Shown here: positions 20,537 through 30,879 of the stretch, one piece after another | Numbering within the stretch: position 1 is the stretch's first letter | Layout of the letters: each line of letters opens with the position of its first letter | NCBI GenBank assembly: GCA_963845145.1 | Contig: CAWJQU010000013.1 | Coordinates: 64,001 to 128,000 of the forward strand | From: an uncultured delta proteobacterium | GTDB lineage: Bacteria; Desulfobacterota; Desulfobacteria; Desulfobacterales; QNYZ01 | Length of the DNA: 64,000 nt | Reading direction: 5' to 3' | The notes under the pieces: model-generated | What the model was told of the DNA's origin: nothing | The model's input: the letters and a program-made list of their open reading frames with translations, nothing else | The model's database searches: none | Program-made: the position numbers and the translations under genes

Positions 20537-21442
20537 ATGCCGAATACACTCGTCCATATGGGCGTCGGCCGCCTGGCCACTAAAACCCTATTTCGTGGTG
20601 TGGATGACAAGTGGATTTATATCGGTTGCATTATTCCCGACATCCCCTGGATCATTCAACGGGCCGTCACCTTTATCCTTCCGGGAATTGACCTCGTAGA
20701 CCTTCGGCTCTATGCCGTCGTTCAGGCATCTTTATTTTTCGGCCTGATTTTAAGCGCCGTTTTTACTTTGCTTGCAAGATCCGGGTTGCGACTCTTCCTT
20801 TTATTGGGATTCAATTGTTTGCTCCATCTGACATTAGATGCCGCCCAGATAAAGTGGGCCAATGGCGTTCATCTATTTGCACCTTTTTCCTGGCGTATGA
20901 TCAATTTCGGTTTTTTCTGGCCGGAAAGCATCCCGGCTTATGGTTTAACCGCCATCGGACTCGCCCTGGTTCTCAGCGGCTGGCAATCGACTTTGCGTCA
21001 ACCGCTTCAATTTGGTTCACCGACACCTTTCGGATGGGTGGCAGCGGCCGGATTGTTGGCGATATATTTAGCCCTGCCCCTTTTATTAATTCAGGGGCCG
21101 GAAAAGGCGGATAATCATTACACGGCAACCTTACGGGCGCATTCCGATCGCAAAGGCCGGTCCATTGCCCTTGATCGCTGTGAGTTTGACCCCAATACCC
21201 AAACGATTCGTGTTTTTTCCGGTGAACATATTCGTGTAACGGGTCTTGAGTGGCCTACTCCTGCCACGGTTTCTATCAAGGGACGATTTGTCGCGGAGGA
21301 TCGTATTGAAATATATTCGTTTCACATTCATCACCTAATGCGCGATGTCAGTTCTTTTTTGGGCCTTGCACTGGTCACCATTCTCTGGTTTACTGCCGGC
21401 TGGAAAAGCCGAAGGTTACCGACACATCGTCGTAATGCTTAG
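20537..21442 (+). CDS. Membrane-bound metal-dependent hydrolase (YdjM-like)
   Basis: N-terminal PNTLVH, IIPD and HLTLD motifs with several TM segments. Confidence 0.6.
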   Translation: MPNTLVHMGVGRLATKTLFRGVDDKWIYIGCIIPDIPWIIQRAVTFILPGIDLVDLRLYAVVQASLFFGLILSAVFTLLARSGLRLFLLLGFNCLLHLTLDAAQIKWANGVHLFAPFSWRMINFGFFWPESIPAYGLTAIGLALVLSGWQSTLRQPLQFGSPTPFGWVAAAGLLAIYLALPLLLIQGPEKADNHYTATLRAHSDRKGRSIALDRCEFDPNTQTIRVFSGEHIRVTGLEWPTPATVSIKGRFVAEDRIEIYSFHIHHLMRDVSSFLGLALVTILWFTAGWKSRRLPTHRRNA

Positions 21443-21511
21443 CCGCTCCAAATAACATCACATGAATAGGTGCCGGCGACCGGCTCGAATTATTTTTCCA
21501 CATAACAGGCC

Positions 21512-22957
21512 ATGACCGATCACAACCCATATATCATTCGTTGTATTCATGATACCCATGAGGGGCTTCGGGATGGATTGTCTCATTTTTCCCAGCCGAG
21601 CCGGGCGGCCCTGATCTATGCGGTTTCATCCCAGGGCCCCGTGCGGGTTCATGACCCCCAGTTTTTGTTAAACGGGCATGAACCGATCATTGAGGAGCTC
21701 TACCTGGAATCTAAGGTATGGCAAAATCAATCCGCTGATTTTTCGTCTATGGATCAGCCCGGGTTTTTAAATCTTGAAGAAAATCTACAGCTTACCGGTT
21801 TAATATCCTTTGGCGGCCGTTCGACATCGATGTACTATCAGATGTGGTTTACCGAACACCACCCGGATATGTGTGCTATCGGGCCAACAGAACGATGGTT
21901 GGAACAGGCGGCATGGCGGCTGGCCCACGATGTGGCCAGCGAACACGCCTTGTACACGGGGGTCTCCGGTGCTTTTATACGCGAATATGCGACCCATGCC
22001 GTGCGGGATCACATCATCGACGAGATGAATGTTCGATTGGGCTGGGACGCCAAGCTGCGCGTATACCCGGTATTGGATGCCATTTTGGGCATTTCCCGGA
22101 CACTTGAGGAGGGCGCCTGGCCTAGGGGTGAGCTGATTTTCACCGAACCAACTTTCGTACCGACGATTGATCTGGCCGTTGAATTTGCCAAGCATGAGCA
22201 GCCCAGTATCGAAAACCATAAACATGTTCGCAAACTGTTACAGGCCGTCGAAGGATCGCGTCGCCAGCTGATTTCCGATGGAAACCATATTATCGGTATT
22301 GCCAATGGCAAATTGCCTCAGTTTTATCTATCGGTCGAATATCGCGGGCAACATGGGTTCTTGTCGATCAACGGTGAAGCGATCTGCAGCTTTGCCGACG
22401 GCCGCTTCTATTCAACCACCCATCGTGTCAAATTGGTGGAAGTGGAAGAAGCGCTTCTCGAAACGGATTTGGACGACGCACGTCGCAGCGACCTGTTTCA
22501 GGTAGTGGCGGATATTGTTCATCATGCCCAGGTTAATAAATATGGCTGCACCGTCATCCTTGATCTAAACGAAAAACCATTAGGCCTTCAAGGGCAACAG
22601 CTCATGAAACCTTTGAATCTGTCCCGGGGCAAAAACGTTTCCCTGGCCAGATCACTGTCCAAAGTTGACGGAGCCCTGCATATCGGTGCGGATCTAAATT
22701 TGCATCGCTTTGCCTGCCTGATGGACGGTTCGGCCATCGCAGGCGAAGACCGGGCGCGTGGTGCCCGTTACAATTCGGCCTTGAGATTTACCGCTGCCCA
22801 GGAAAACCTCATTGTGGTTGTGGTATCGGCGGATCGGCCTGTTTCGATCATTCAGGACGGCATGGCCTTAAACGCGCTGTGCCGATTCGATCCGGTATCG
22901 CTCTCCATTTGCACGCCGACGAGTCTTGAATCCTGGTTGGCGGGAAAAGGCCATTAA
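21512..22957 (+). CDS. DisA_N/DAC-domain protein (diadenylate cyclase-like) with a long soluble N-terminal region
   Basis: C-terminal KYGCTVIL, SKVDGALHI, RGARYNSA, VVVSAD. Confidence 0.8.
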   Translation: MTDHNPYIIRCIHDTHEGLRDGLSHFSQPSRAALIYAVSSQGPVRVHDPQFLLNGHEPIIEELYLESKVWQNQSADFSSMDQPGFLNLEENLQLTGLISFGGRSTSMYYQMWFTEHHPDMCAIGPTERWLEQAAWRLAHDVASEHALYTGVSGAFIREYATHAVRDHIIDEMNVRLGWDAKLRVYPVLDAILGISRTLEEGAWPRGELIFTEPTFVPTIDLAVEFAKHEQPSIENHKHVRKLLQAVEGSRRQLISDGNHIIGIANGKLPQFYLSVEYRGQHGFLSINGEAICSFADGRFYSTTHRVKLVEVEEALLETDLDDARRSDLFQVVADIVHHAQVNKYGCTVILDLNEKPLGLQGQQLMKPLNLSRGKNVSLARSLSKVDGALHIGADLNLHRFACLMDGSAIAGEDRARGARYNSALRFTAAQENLIVVVVSADRPVSIIQDGMALNALCRFDPVSLSICTPTSLESWLAGKGH

Positions 22958-22969
22958 CGGGTATCGCCC

Positions 22970-23812
22970 ATGGGACCATTAAAACGTAGCTCATTGTTGT
23001 GCCCCCGCTGTCGTCGGCTAATCAGTTCGGATGAACACCGGTGCCCCCATTGTGATCTGAAGCGGCCGGCATCACCATTTAAGAATAACCCTCTTGGGAG
23101 ATCATTTTTCGAAGAAAACCGCATTATCAAAATGACGATTGGGATCAATATCTTTATGTTTGTCTTTTCCATATTGTTGAATCCACGATCGATCAATTTA
23201 AACTTGAATCCCCTCTCGCTTTTGGCACCGGGTGATCGTAGCTTGTTGTTGCTCGGGGCTACGGGCACCATACCCATCGATCAATTCGGGCGATGGTGGA
23301 GTTTGATCGCGGCAAACTATCTTCATGGCGGGATTCTCCACATTTTTTTCAACCTGATGGCGTTAAGCCAGATTACGCCGCTGGTTCAGCGTGAGTTTGG
23401 GCCGTATCGAACGATTATCATATATACGGTTGGGGGTATCGGCGGGTTTTACGCCTCGTATCTCGCCGGGGTCTCTTTTACTATCGGGGCCTCGGCCGCT
23501 TTGTGTGCATTATTGGGCGCTGCGGTTTACTATGGAAAGAGCCGTGGGGGAATTTATGGCCAGGCTGTTTATCGTCAGATCGGCGGCTGGGCTTTATTCA
23601 TTTTGATTTTCGGCCTGATGGTTCCCGGTATCAACAATTGGGGCCATGGCGGTGGCTTTGTCGCGGGCGTCCTGCTGGGGATGATCCTCGGATATAAAGA
23701 AAAGCGGCCGGAAAACCATATCCATGGTCTTCTGGCGACATTTTGTATCGGTATAACGCTGATTGTTCTGGCTTGGGCATCGGTGACAGGGGTTTACTAT
23801 CGCTTTGTCTAG
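22970..23812 (+). CDS. Rhomboid intramembrane serine protease with an N-terminal Cys knuckle
   Basis: HGGILHIFFN, GAS, HGGG; CPRC..CPHC. Confidence 0.92.
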   Translation: MGPLKRSSLLCPRCRRLISSDEHRCPHCDLKRPASPFKNNPLGRSFFEENRIIKMTIGINIFMFVFSILLNPRSINLNLNPLSLLAPGDRSLLLLGATGTIPIDQFGRWWSLIAANYLHGGILHIFFNLMALSQITPLVQREFGPYRTIIIYTVGGIGGFYASYLAGVSFTIGASAALCALLGAAVYYGKSRGGIYGQAVYRQIGGWALFILIFGLMVPGINNWGHGGGFVAGVLLGMILGYKEKRPENHIHGLLATFCIGITLIVLAWASVTGVYYRFV

Positions 23813-23947
23813 TGCGCTTGCAACGACGTTGGCGGCTGGGATTTTTTTAACCGGCTGATTAAGCCGGGCGCCGAATAGGCGCGTGGCGATGAGGAATAAA
23901 TGGCTGTGAGGGTTTGGATTATTAAAAGGTGAGGGTGGTACGAGGCC

Positions 23948-24850
23948 ATGGCATCTGAAAATACCCATATTTATCTTGCCGACCGAATTCGCAGGAATAT
24001 CCACGATGAACCCGTGACGAAGATCATTTCCGATCATATGGATGAATATTTTATCGGGTCGATTTTTACGGATATCCTGTTTTACAGCAAAGACAAACAG
24101 GCCGCGGCCGTCGCTTCTCGCCTACACGGCGAAGACGGCCAACCCACCAATCAGATCGTCTTTGATCTCCTTGATAGCGCTCGTTCCGAAAAAGACCATC
24201 GAAATTTTGCGTTTGTGGCGGGATTGCTCACGCACTATGCCGTTGACATAACCCTTCATCCAATCGTTTTCTATTTTTCAGGTGATGATCCCGATGCAAA
24301 ATGTATTGATGATGACAAGAGTGCCTACCGACATATGCACTACGAAACAAGTATCGATTTTCAACTCAATGATTCTTTTTACCTGGACGAAATCATTCAA
24401 CCGATGGCGCTCAACCGCCTAAAAATCTATTCATTGCTGGATATCGAGCAAGTAGTGGTCGAAAAAGCGTTGCGTCGGCAAATAAAATATTACCGCCTGA
24501 CGCGAAAGCGAGTATATTTCATTTTGTTTCGGGCTTTGAGTCGACTCGGCTTGTTCCCCGCAAGGGCGATTGCCGGTTTTCATGCCAATTTGGATAAAGA
24601 TAGCGTCCGGCTGCCGGATCCGATCCACTATAAAGATGTGGTTACCGGGGAACCCAAAACGGCCACATTAAACGGATTGGTTGATATGGCGGTGCAATTT
24701 GGTTGCCATATGGTAGAGACGGCCTATGCATATTACACTTTACAGATCGATTTAGAAGACGGTAAAAAAGTCATTGCCGGTCAGAGCTTGGAAACCGGCC
24801 AAACGGGCACAATGGTGAAGGATATCCGATTTTATGCCGATGTGGACTAA
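23948..24850 (+). CDS. Zinc-dependent phospholipase C family protein
   Basis: N-terminal TH, GSIFTD, LH, HYAVDITLHP, HMHYE. Confidence 0.75.
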   Translation: MASENTHIYLADRIRRNIHDEPVTKIISDHMDEYFIGSIFTDILFYSKDKQAAAVASRLHGEDGQPTNQIVFDLLDSARSEKDHRNFAFVAGLLTHYAVDITLHPIVFYFSGDDPDAKCIDDDKSAYRHMHYETSIDFQLNDSFYLDEIIQPMALNRLKIYSLLDIEQVVVEKALRRQIKYYRLTRKRVYFILFRALSRLGLFPARAIAGFHANLDKDSVRLPDPIHYKDVVTGEPKTATLNGLVDMAVQFGCHMVETAYAYYTLQIDLEDGKKVIAGQSLETGQTGTMVKDIRFYADVD

Positions 24851-24947
24851 GGGAATTAAGTGAATTACCTATATTTGTCGACCGTTACTAACTGAAGAAG
24901 GTTTTGGTCCTGACGTCCGGTAAAACCTCTCAACACAGGAGTTTTAA

Positions 24948-25373
24948 ATGATCGCCAATCAATTAACCGTATTAACCGAGAATTCAGCCCGGCAATTGGC
25001 ATCTGTTATCTCTCAACTCAGCAGTGCAGGCATCGATATTCGCGCCCATTGTTTTGTCGATAATGGGGATGGCAATTGTAAACTGAGGATGATTGTTTCA
25101 AAGCCCGACAAGGCCGTCTCCATTTTAGAGAATCAGCGCCTCGCCGTCGTCGCCAACGAGGTTGTGGTCGTGGAGGTCGAAGACAGGCCGGGAGGATTGG
25201 GCCGGATACTGGACCTGTTGAAAATCGAAAAAATACGAATCGATTATTCTTATATTGCCGTTAGCGAAAAATCCGGAATGGCTTTGATGGTTTTTCGGTT
25301 TTCCGATAATGCCCAGGCGGCGCGCTTATTGGAAAATAATGGCCTTAAGGCGGCCATGCGCTTGGGGGGATAA
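24948..25373 (+). CDS. Tandem ACT-domain protein
   Basis: QLTVLTEN, GIDIRA, EDRPGGL, IDYSY. Confidence 0.85.
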   Translation: MIANQLTVLTENSARQLASVISQLSSAGIDIRAHCFVDNGDGNCKLRMIVSKPDKAVSILENQRLAVVANEVVVVEVEDRPGGLGRILDLLKIEKIRIDYSYIAVSEKSGMALMVFRFSDNAQAARLLENNGLKAAMRLGG

Positions 25374-25386
25374 ATCGACCCCATAA

Positions 25387-25776
25387 TTACGGGCCCAATA
25401 AATCTTCGATACATGCGGTCAATTCATTTGCACGAACCGGTTTTGCCAAAACAGTGTAACCGGATATATTATCGACGCTTCCCGAATCGATTTCACCTTT
25501 GGTAACGATTCCGGTCAGAAACACGATTTTAGTGTGCTTTAAGCTATCATCTTCCTCGAACTGGGCGGCCACCTCTGTCCCATCAACATCCGGCATCATA
25601 AAATCCAAAAAAACCAGATCAGGGTTGAATTCTCTAGCGGTCGCCAAAGCCCGCCGGCCTTTATTTTCCTCTTGGATGAGATAATCACCTGTGGCTTCAA
25701 GCATATGGCGGAGCATTTGGGTAATATCCGGATTGTCATCCACCAGAAGAATTTTTTTCTTTTCCATCTTTGCCAA
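25387..25776 (-). CDS. Stand-alone receiver protein
   Basis: ILLVDD, LDFMMP, FLTG, AKP. Confidence 0.9.
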   Translation of the reverse strand: MAKMEKKKILLVDDNPDITQMLRHMLEATGDYLIQEENKGRRALATAREFNPDLVFLDFMMPDVDGTEVAAQFEEDDSLKHTKIVFLTGIVTKGEIDSGSVDNISGYTVLAKPVRANELTACIEDLLGP

Positions 25777-25997
25777 TTACCGTTTTTTGCGAAATTGAAA
25801 GAGCCCCGTAATAATTCCCACCATTTTATGGAATTATTTTTGTGATATTGCAAATAAAGTGCCAAAATACAAGTTGGGGTATTGATATTTTGACTATCCA
25901 AGGATATTAAGCAGATACATTAAAAAAGGGATGGCGTCAATAACGATTGGTACGATTTTATTTCGGAAAATTGAGAAATTATTTACCAAAAACGTCA

Positions 25998-26026
25998 TTG
26001 ACCTCAAATAAGGAAGACCCTATGAT
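25998..26026 (+). promoter_or_regulatory. Sigma70 promoter
   Basis: TTGACC-N17-TATGAT upstream of the SLT gene. Confidence 0.6.
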
Positions 26027-26091
26027 CGTACAAGCGTCAGCCGCACCAATAAATATGGGTTCTGAAAATATATTTTTATCCGTTATGAGCC

Positions 26092-26739
26092 GTGAGTCAT
26101 TATATTCGTGTTAATAAAAAGAGTAACAATAGCCAATTGAGAGATCGGCCTCTTCAAATAATTATTCTGATAGGGGGCGTGCTTCTTCTTTTTATTATGG
26201 CAATGCCGACTGAGGCCGATATTTATAAATATCGCGACCAGAATGGCGTCGTCCATTTTACCAACACGCGCCCAAATAAACAGAAAAAATTTAAAGTCTA
26301 TATTAAAGAACGCCCCCAGAAAAAATACCGCCCCTTTTCCACGACTCAGTATGATGATATCATTAAAAAAGCAGCCAAACAGCATGGCCTGCTCTTCTCC
26401 CTGATAAAATCGGTGATCGCGGTTGAATCGAGTTTCAATCCCCAGGCGGTATCGCATAAAGGGGCGCGGGGATTGATGCAGATCATGCCGCAGAATTTTC
26501 GAACGTTGGCCATCACCAATCCGTTTGATCCCTACCAGAATATTATGGGCGGGAGCCTATACTTGAAACGGATGATGAAACGATTTGATGGACAATTGAC
26601 TTGGGCTCTGGCTGCATATAATGCCGGCCCTGAGGCGGTGGTTCGTCACAGTGGCATTCCACCTTATCAGGAGACACAAGAATATGTGAGACGTGTGTTA
26701 AAATCGTTAATACGCTATCAGAAATCGGGGAATGTATAA
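26092..26739 (+). CDS. Lytic transglycosylase (SLT) with a DUF4124-like N-terminus
   Basis: IYKYRDQNGVVHFTN, VESSFNP, GLMQIMP, AYNAG. Confidence 0.92.
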   Translation: MSHYIRVNKKSNNSQLRDRPLQIIILIGGVLLLFIMAMPTEADIYKYRDQNGVVHFTNTRPNKQKKFKVYIKERPQKKYRPFSTTQYDDIIKKAAKQHGLLFSLIKSVIAVESSFNPQAVSHKGARGLMQIMPQNFRTLAITNPFDPYQNIMGGSLYLKRMMKRFDGQLTWALAAYNAGPEAVVRHSGIPPYQETQEYVRRVLKSLIRYQKSGNV

Positions 26740-26770
26740 TAATATTGACAATTTATCAAAGGAGATCTCC

Positions 26771-28795
26771 ATGACGTCGACCCATCACCTGTATCGTTCT
26801 TACCTTAACCCCTTACTCATTTCTTCGGATCGTTCTCTGCCGCGTGAAATTGCGATCATCGGTGCCGGTACTATCGGTCCGGATATCGGCTACTATCTGA
26901 AAAGCGCGTTACCCCAGATAACGCTTTATCTGGTGGATGTTGCTGAAAAGCCACTCCTCGCGGCGGAAAAAAGGATCGGTGGTTATCTTCAAAAGGCGAT
27001 TGATCGAAAGAAGATGACCCCGGCCGAGGCCGATCTAGTGGGCCAAAATATCACTTACACAACAACCTATGAAAAGATTAAAAATTGTGACCTCGTCATC
27101 GAGGCGGCCACCGAAAATATTCCTCTTAAACAAAAAATTTTCAGCGATATTGAAGCGCTGGTGGATAAAAAGGCTATTATAACTTCAAATACCAGCTCGA
27201 TTCCCGCCGATCGGCTGTTTAGCAACATGAAGTACCCGGGACGAACGACGGTTACTCATTTTTTTGCTCCGGCCTGGCGTAGCTTACCGGTGGAGGTGAT
27301 CGACTGGAAAGGTGGTAGCCAAGAAACGCTCGATTATCTATTCTGGTTTTTTGGCATAACCGGAAAGGTGCCGATAATTACCGATAATGCGATCTGTTTT
27401 GTGTTGGATCGGATCTTCGATAATTGGTGCAATGAGGCAGCCTATTTGCTTGAACATGCCACGGCCGCCCAGATCGATTCGGTGGCCAGTGAATTTGTTT
27501 TTGCGGGGCCCTTTTTTGTTTTAAACATGGCCCATGGTAATCCGATCATTGTGGAGACCAATACTCTTCAGATGGAAGAGGGGGCCCACTATTTACCGGC
27601 CGACATCTTTAATTCCGTCGATCGCTGGTTAACCCTTCGGCCTGGAAAATCGTGTGATGTTCCCGAAGAAACACGGTCGTTAATAAGGGATCGATTGCTA
27701 GGCATTCTTTTTTCCCAATCTTTTGATATCATCGACCGGAAAATCGGGACCCGGGCGGATCTCAATTTTGGCTGCCAGGTGGCGCTTGGTTTTAGAAATG
27801 GACCCATGGATATTATGCGGGAATTGGGGGCGTCTGAAGTCAACCGGATTATGTCCCGGTTCCAAAGTGAGCGACCGGGATTTCCAATGGCCCAAAACGC
27901 TTTTGACTTTTACCAGGAATTTAATCGCCATATACTGGTAGATAACAAAGACGGGGTTAAAGTGATCACCGTGCGGCGTCCCCAGGCAATGAACGCCTTA
28001 AACGATGAGGTCACGGATGAAATTCTCCATGTGTTGAAAAAACATGCCGACGATCCGGCGATAAAGGGTTTTATCATTACCGGGTATGGCACCAGTGCTT
28101 TTTCCGCCGGGGCCGATATCGGTAACTTTCCCAAAATGCTTGGCGACGCCGATGCCTCGGCCCAGTATGCCAAGGATTGTGCCAAGGTACAGGTCTTTAT
28201 GGATCAAATGCAGAAGCCCGTGGTGGCTGCCGTTAACGGCCTGGCCCTCGGCGGCGGCCTGGAGGTTGCCATTCGCTGTCATCGTATTGTTGCCGTGCGA
28301 AACGCCCGCTTTCAGTTTCCCGAAATAGCCCTGGGTATTTTGCCGGGAATCGGTGGTTGCATCGTACCGTACCGGAAATGGCCCCAAGGGGCGGCGATTT
28401 TTCATGAGATGATCTGTGCCGGACGCTCCATGACGGTTGAAGAGGCGGCGGATATCGGAATGGTTGACGCGATTGCCGATGATTATGCCGACCTGATTCG
28501 CGTTGCCCTTATTACCATCGAAAAGATGGCAGGGAATGTGTCGCTCCTGGCGGAAGGGTCCATAGAGATTCCGGCGGTTGACGTTTCCGAAAAACTTTTT
28601 ACCGGTAAGGCCCCATTGAGCCGGGAAGCGGTGGCTGTTGCAGCACGAACCATTGAAAAAGGGGCGGCAGCTGAAAGTCTCGAGGCCGCCTTGGAGATCG
28701 GATACGAAGGCTTTGCCGAAATTGCTTGTACGGATGCCGCTCGGGAAGGAATATCCGCATTTTTAGAAAAACGAAAACCGCAATTTACGAAGTAG
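26771..28795 (+). CDS. 3-hydroxyacyl-CoA dehydrogenase / enoyl-CoA hydratase fusion (HCDH at the N-terminus)
   Basis: GAGTIG, EAATE, SNTSS, HFFAP, then FSAGADI, GGGLE, PEIALGILPG; RBS AAGGAG before ATG 26771. Confidence 0.9.
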   Translation: MTSTHHLYRSYLNPLLISSDRSLPREIAIIGAGTIGPDIGYYLKSALPQITLYLVDVAEKPLLAAEKRIGGYLQKAIDRKKMTPAEADLVGQNITYTTTYEKIKNCDLVIEAATENIPLKQKIFSDIEALVDKKAIITSNTSSIPADRLFSNMKYPGRTTVTHFFAPAWRSLPVEVIDWKGGSQETLDYLFWFFGITGKVPIITDNAICFVLDRIFDNWCNEAAYLLEHATAAQIDSVASEFVFAGPFFVLNMAHGNPIIVETNTLQMEEGAHYLPADIFNSVDRWLTLRPGKSCDVPEETRSLIRDRLLGILFSQSFDIIDRKIGTRADLNFGCQVALGFRNGPMDIMRELGASEVNRIMSRFQSERPGFPMAQNAFDFYQEFNRHILVDNKDGVKVITVRRPQAMNALNDEVTDEILHVLKKHADDPAIKGFIITGYGTSAFSAGADIGNFPKMLGDADASAQYAKDCAKVQVFMDQMQKPVVAAVNGLALGGGLEVAIRCHRIVAVRNARFQFPEIALGILPGIGGCIVPYRKWPQGAAIFHEMICAGRSMTVEEAADIGMVDAIADDYADLIRVALITIEKMAGNVSLLAEGSIEIPAVDVSEKLFTGKAPLSREAVAVAARTIEKGAAAESLEAALEIGYEGFAEIACTDAAREGISAFLEKRKPQFTK

Positions 28796-28824
28796 CGAAT
28801 GTATTGTCAGTATAGGCTATTGCG

Positions 28825-29847
28825 ATGAAACAACAACTGGAACGCTATTCACGGCAGGTTTTTTTTAGCGGGATTGGTGAAGCGGGGCAGAATCGGATCG
28901 CCGCTTCCGCCGTGCTGGTGGTTGGGTGCGGTGCACTGGGATCGAACATTGCCAATCTGTTGGTTCGGGCAGGCGTGGGAACCGTCAAAATTGTTGACCG
29001 CGATTTTGTTGAGTTAAGCAATTTGCAACGGCAGGTCTTGTTCGATGAGGCGGATGCCGAAGGGCGATTGCCCAAGGCCGTGGCTGCGGTGAAAAAACTC
29101 CAAGCCATTAATGCCAATGTTCAGGTGGAAGCGGTCATTCAGGACGTCAACGCACGAAATATTGAGGCGCTGGTGACCGGTGTCGATCTGGTTATGGATG
29201 CCACGGACAATATGGAAACGCGTTATCTGGTCAATGACACATGTGTCAAGCATGGGATTCCCTGGATTTACGGTGGCGTCATCGGCGCCACCGGTATGAC
29301 CATGGATATTATTCCCGGTCAAACGGCCTGTTTGCGCTGCCTGTCCGATATGCCGCCGGCGCCCGGTACCACACCAACTTGTGAAACCGAGGGGGTTCTC
29401 GGGGGAACACCTGCCATGATTGCCTCGATACAGGCCACGGAAGCCTTGAAGATTATGGTCGGACATAAACCTGTGGGTGGAAATTTGATCCATATCGACC
29501 TATGGGAAAATGAGTATAATCGGTTTCAAGTCAATGTCCACCCGGATTGCCCGACCTGTATGAAAAAACGGTTTGATTTTCTAAATGGCGAACAGGTTTC
29601 GGAAGCCTTTTCATTATGTGGGCGCAATGCCGTTCAGATTTCCGCCTCCAAGTCTGAGCCGTTGGACCTGGAACAACTAGGCATACGGCTGTCTGCACTT
29701 GGTGAGGTGGTCAATAATGGGTATTTTCTGACCTTTACCGTAGACGAATATGAACTTGTCATTTTCCCCGAGGGTCGGACCATCATCAAGGGAACTGCTG
29801 ATGAAGTCCTGGCACGCAGCCTTTTTGCCAGGTATGTGGGCAATTAG
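28825..29847 (+). CDS. ThiF/MoeB-family adenylyltransferase
   Basis: RYSRQ, GCGALG, DRDFVELSNLQRQ, CLRC, TCETEG, CPTC. Confidence 0.92.
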   Translation: MKQQLERYSRQVFFSGIGEAGQNRIAASAVLVVGCGALGSNIANLLVRAGVGTVKIVDRDFVELSNLQRQVLFDEADAEGRLPKAVAAVKKLQAINANVQVEAVIQDVNARNIEALVTGVDLVMDATDNMETRYLVNDTCVKHGIPWIYGGVIGATGMTMDIIPGQTACLRCLSDMPPAPGTTPTCETEGVLGGTPAMIASIQATEALKIMVGHKPVGGNLIHIDLWENEYNRFQVNVHPDCPTCMKKRFDFLNGEQVSEAFSLCGRNAVQISASKSEPLDLEQLGIRLSALGEVVNNGYFLTFTVDEYELVIFPEGRTIIKGTADEVLARSLFARYVGN

Positions 29848-29895
29848 CCATCGTGATACTTGATATGTGGTACGATGAAAAAATAACGCAAAAAT

Positions 29896-30738
29896 ATGCC
29901 AAATTCGTCAACAGCGGCCAAATACGATCATCTCAAACATCTCGTTGCTGAATCTGAAAGCGCCGTGGTGGCCTTTTCCGGTGGGGTGGACAGTACTTTT
30001 TTATTGGCGGTTTGCAGAAATGTATTGGAAGATCGGGTGCTGGCCGTAACCGCCGCTTCTGAAATTATGCCGCACCATGAGCTTAGCCAGGCCCAGGATC
30101 TGGCCCGGCATTTAGGCGCTCGGCACTTGATCATTAATTCGAACGATTTGGAAACGGTGGGTGTTGCCGATAACTCTCCGGAGCGGTGCTATTTTTGTAA
30201 AAAGGAGCGGTTCATCCAGATCAAGCGGATTGCTCAAAAAGAAGGCCTCAAATGGGTATTTGACGGCAGCAACACCGACGATGCCAAAGATTTTCGACCG
30301 GGCCGAAAAGCCGTTCACGAACTGGGTATCCGCAGCCCGTTGTTGGAGGCAAACTTAGCCAAATCAGATATCCGCGCGCTTTCCAAATCCCTTGGGCTGG
30401 TGACCTGGGACCAGCCGTCCGCTGCCTGCCTGGCCAGCCGGATCCCCTACAACACCACGATCACTCGATCAGCCCTAATGCGAATTGAAAAGGCCGAGGC
30501 TGTTTTGCGACAATTGGGGATGCGCGTGTTCCGGGTTCGCCACTTTGGCTCCCTGGCCCGCCTGGAACTAGGCGATACGGAGATGCGTGACCTTTTCGAA
30601 AGGGATAATCGTCATCATATCGTCCAGGAACTCGAATCATTGGGGTACCAGACCGTAACCGTGGATTTGAAGGGCTACCGGATGGGTAGCCTCAATGAGG
30701 GTTTAGGCGACAAGGATGTGGCGGATTCAAGTGGCTGA
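29896..30738 (+). CDS. larE: LarE-type ATP-dependent sulfur transferase
   Basis: PP-loop SGGVDS, CYFCK, DFRPG, CLASRIPY, GYRMGSLN. Confidence 0.9.
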   Translation: MPNSSTAAKYDHLKHLVAESESAVVAFSGGVDSTFLLAVCRNVLEDRVLAVTAASEIMPHHELSQAQDLARHLGARHLIINSNDLETVGVADNSPERCYFCKKERFIQIKRIAQKEGLKWVFDGSNTDDAKDFRPGRKAVHELGIRSPLLEANLAKSDIRALSKSLGLVTWDQPSAACLASRIPYNTTITRSALMRIEKAEAVLRQLGMRVFRVRHFGSLARLELGDTEMRDLFERDNRHHIVQELESLGYQTVTVDLKGYRMGSLNEGLGDKDVADSSG

Positions 30739-30879
30739 TGTACCAGACTACTTTCAATGCAATGATTGCAGTGGGGCCATCAAATGCTCGTTTAACTTGT
30801 TTTTTCCATCACCGGCGAGTTCATGTTTGACTTACGTTCCGAGCTTGTGTTAATTGATTGATAATCATAGGGAAAAACG

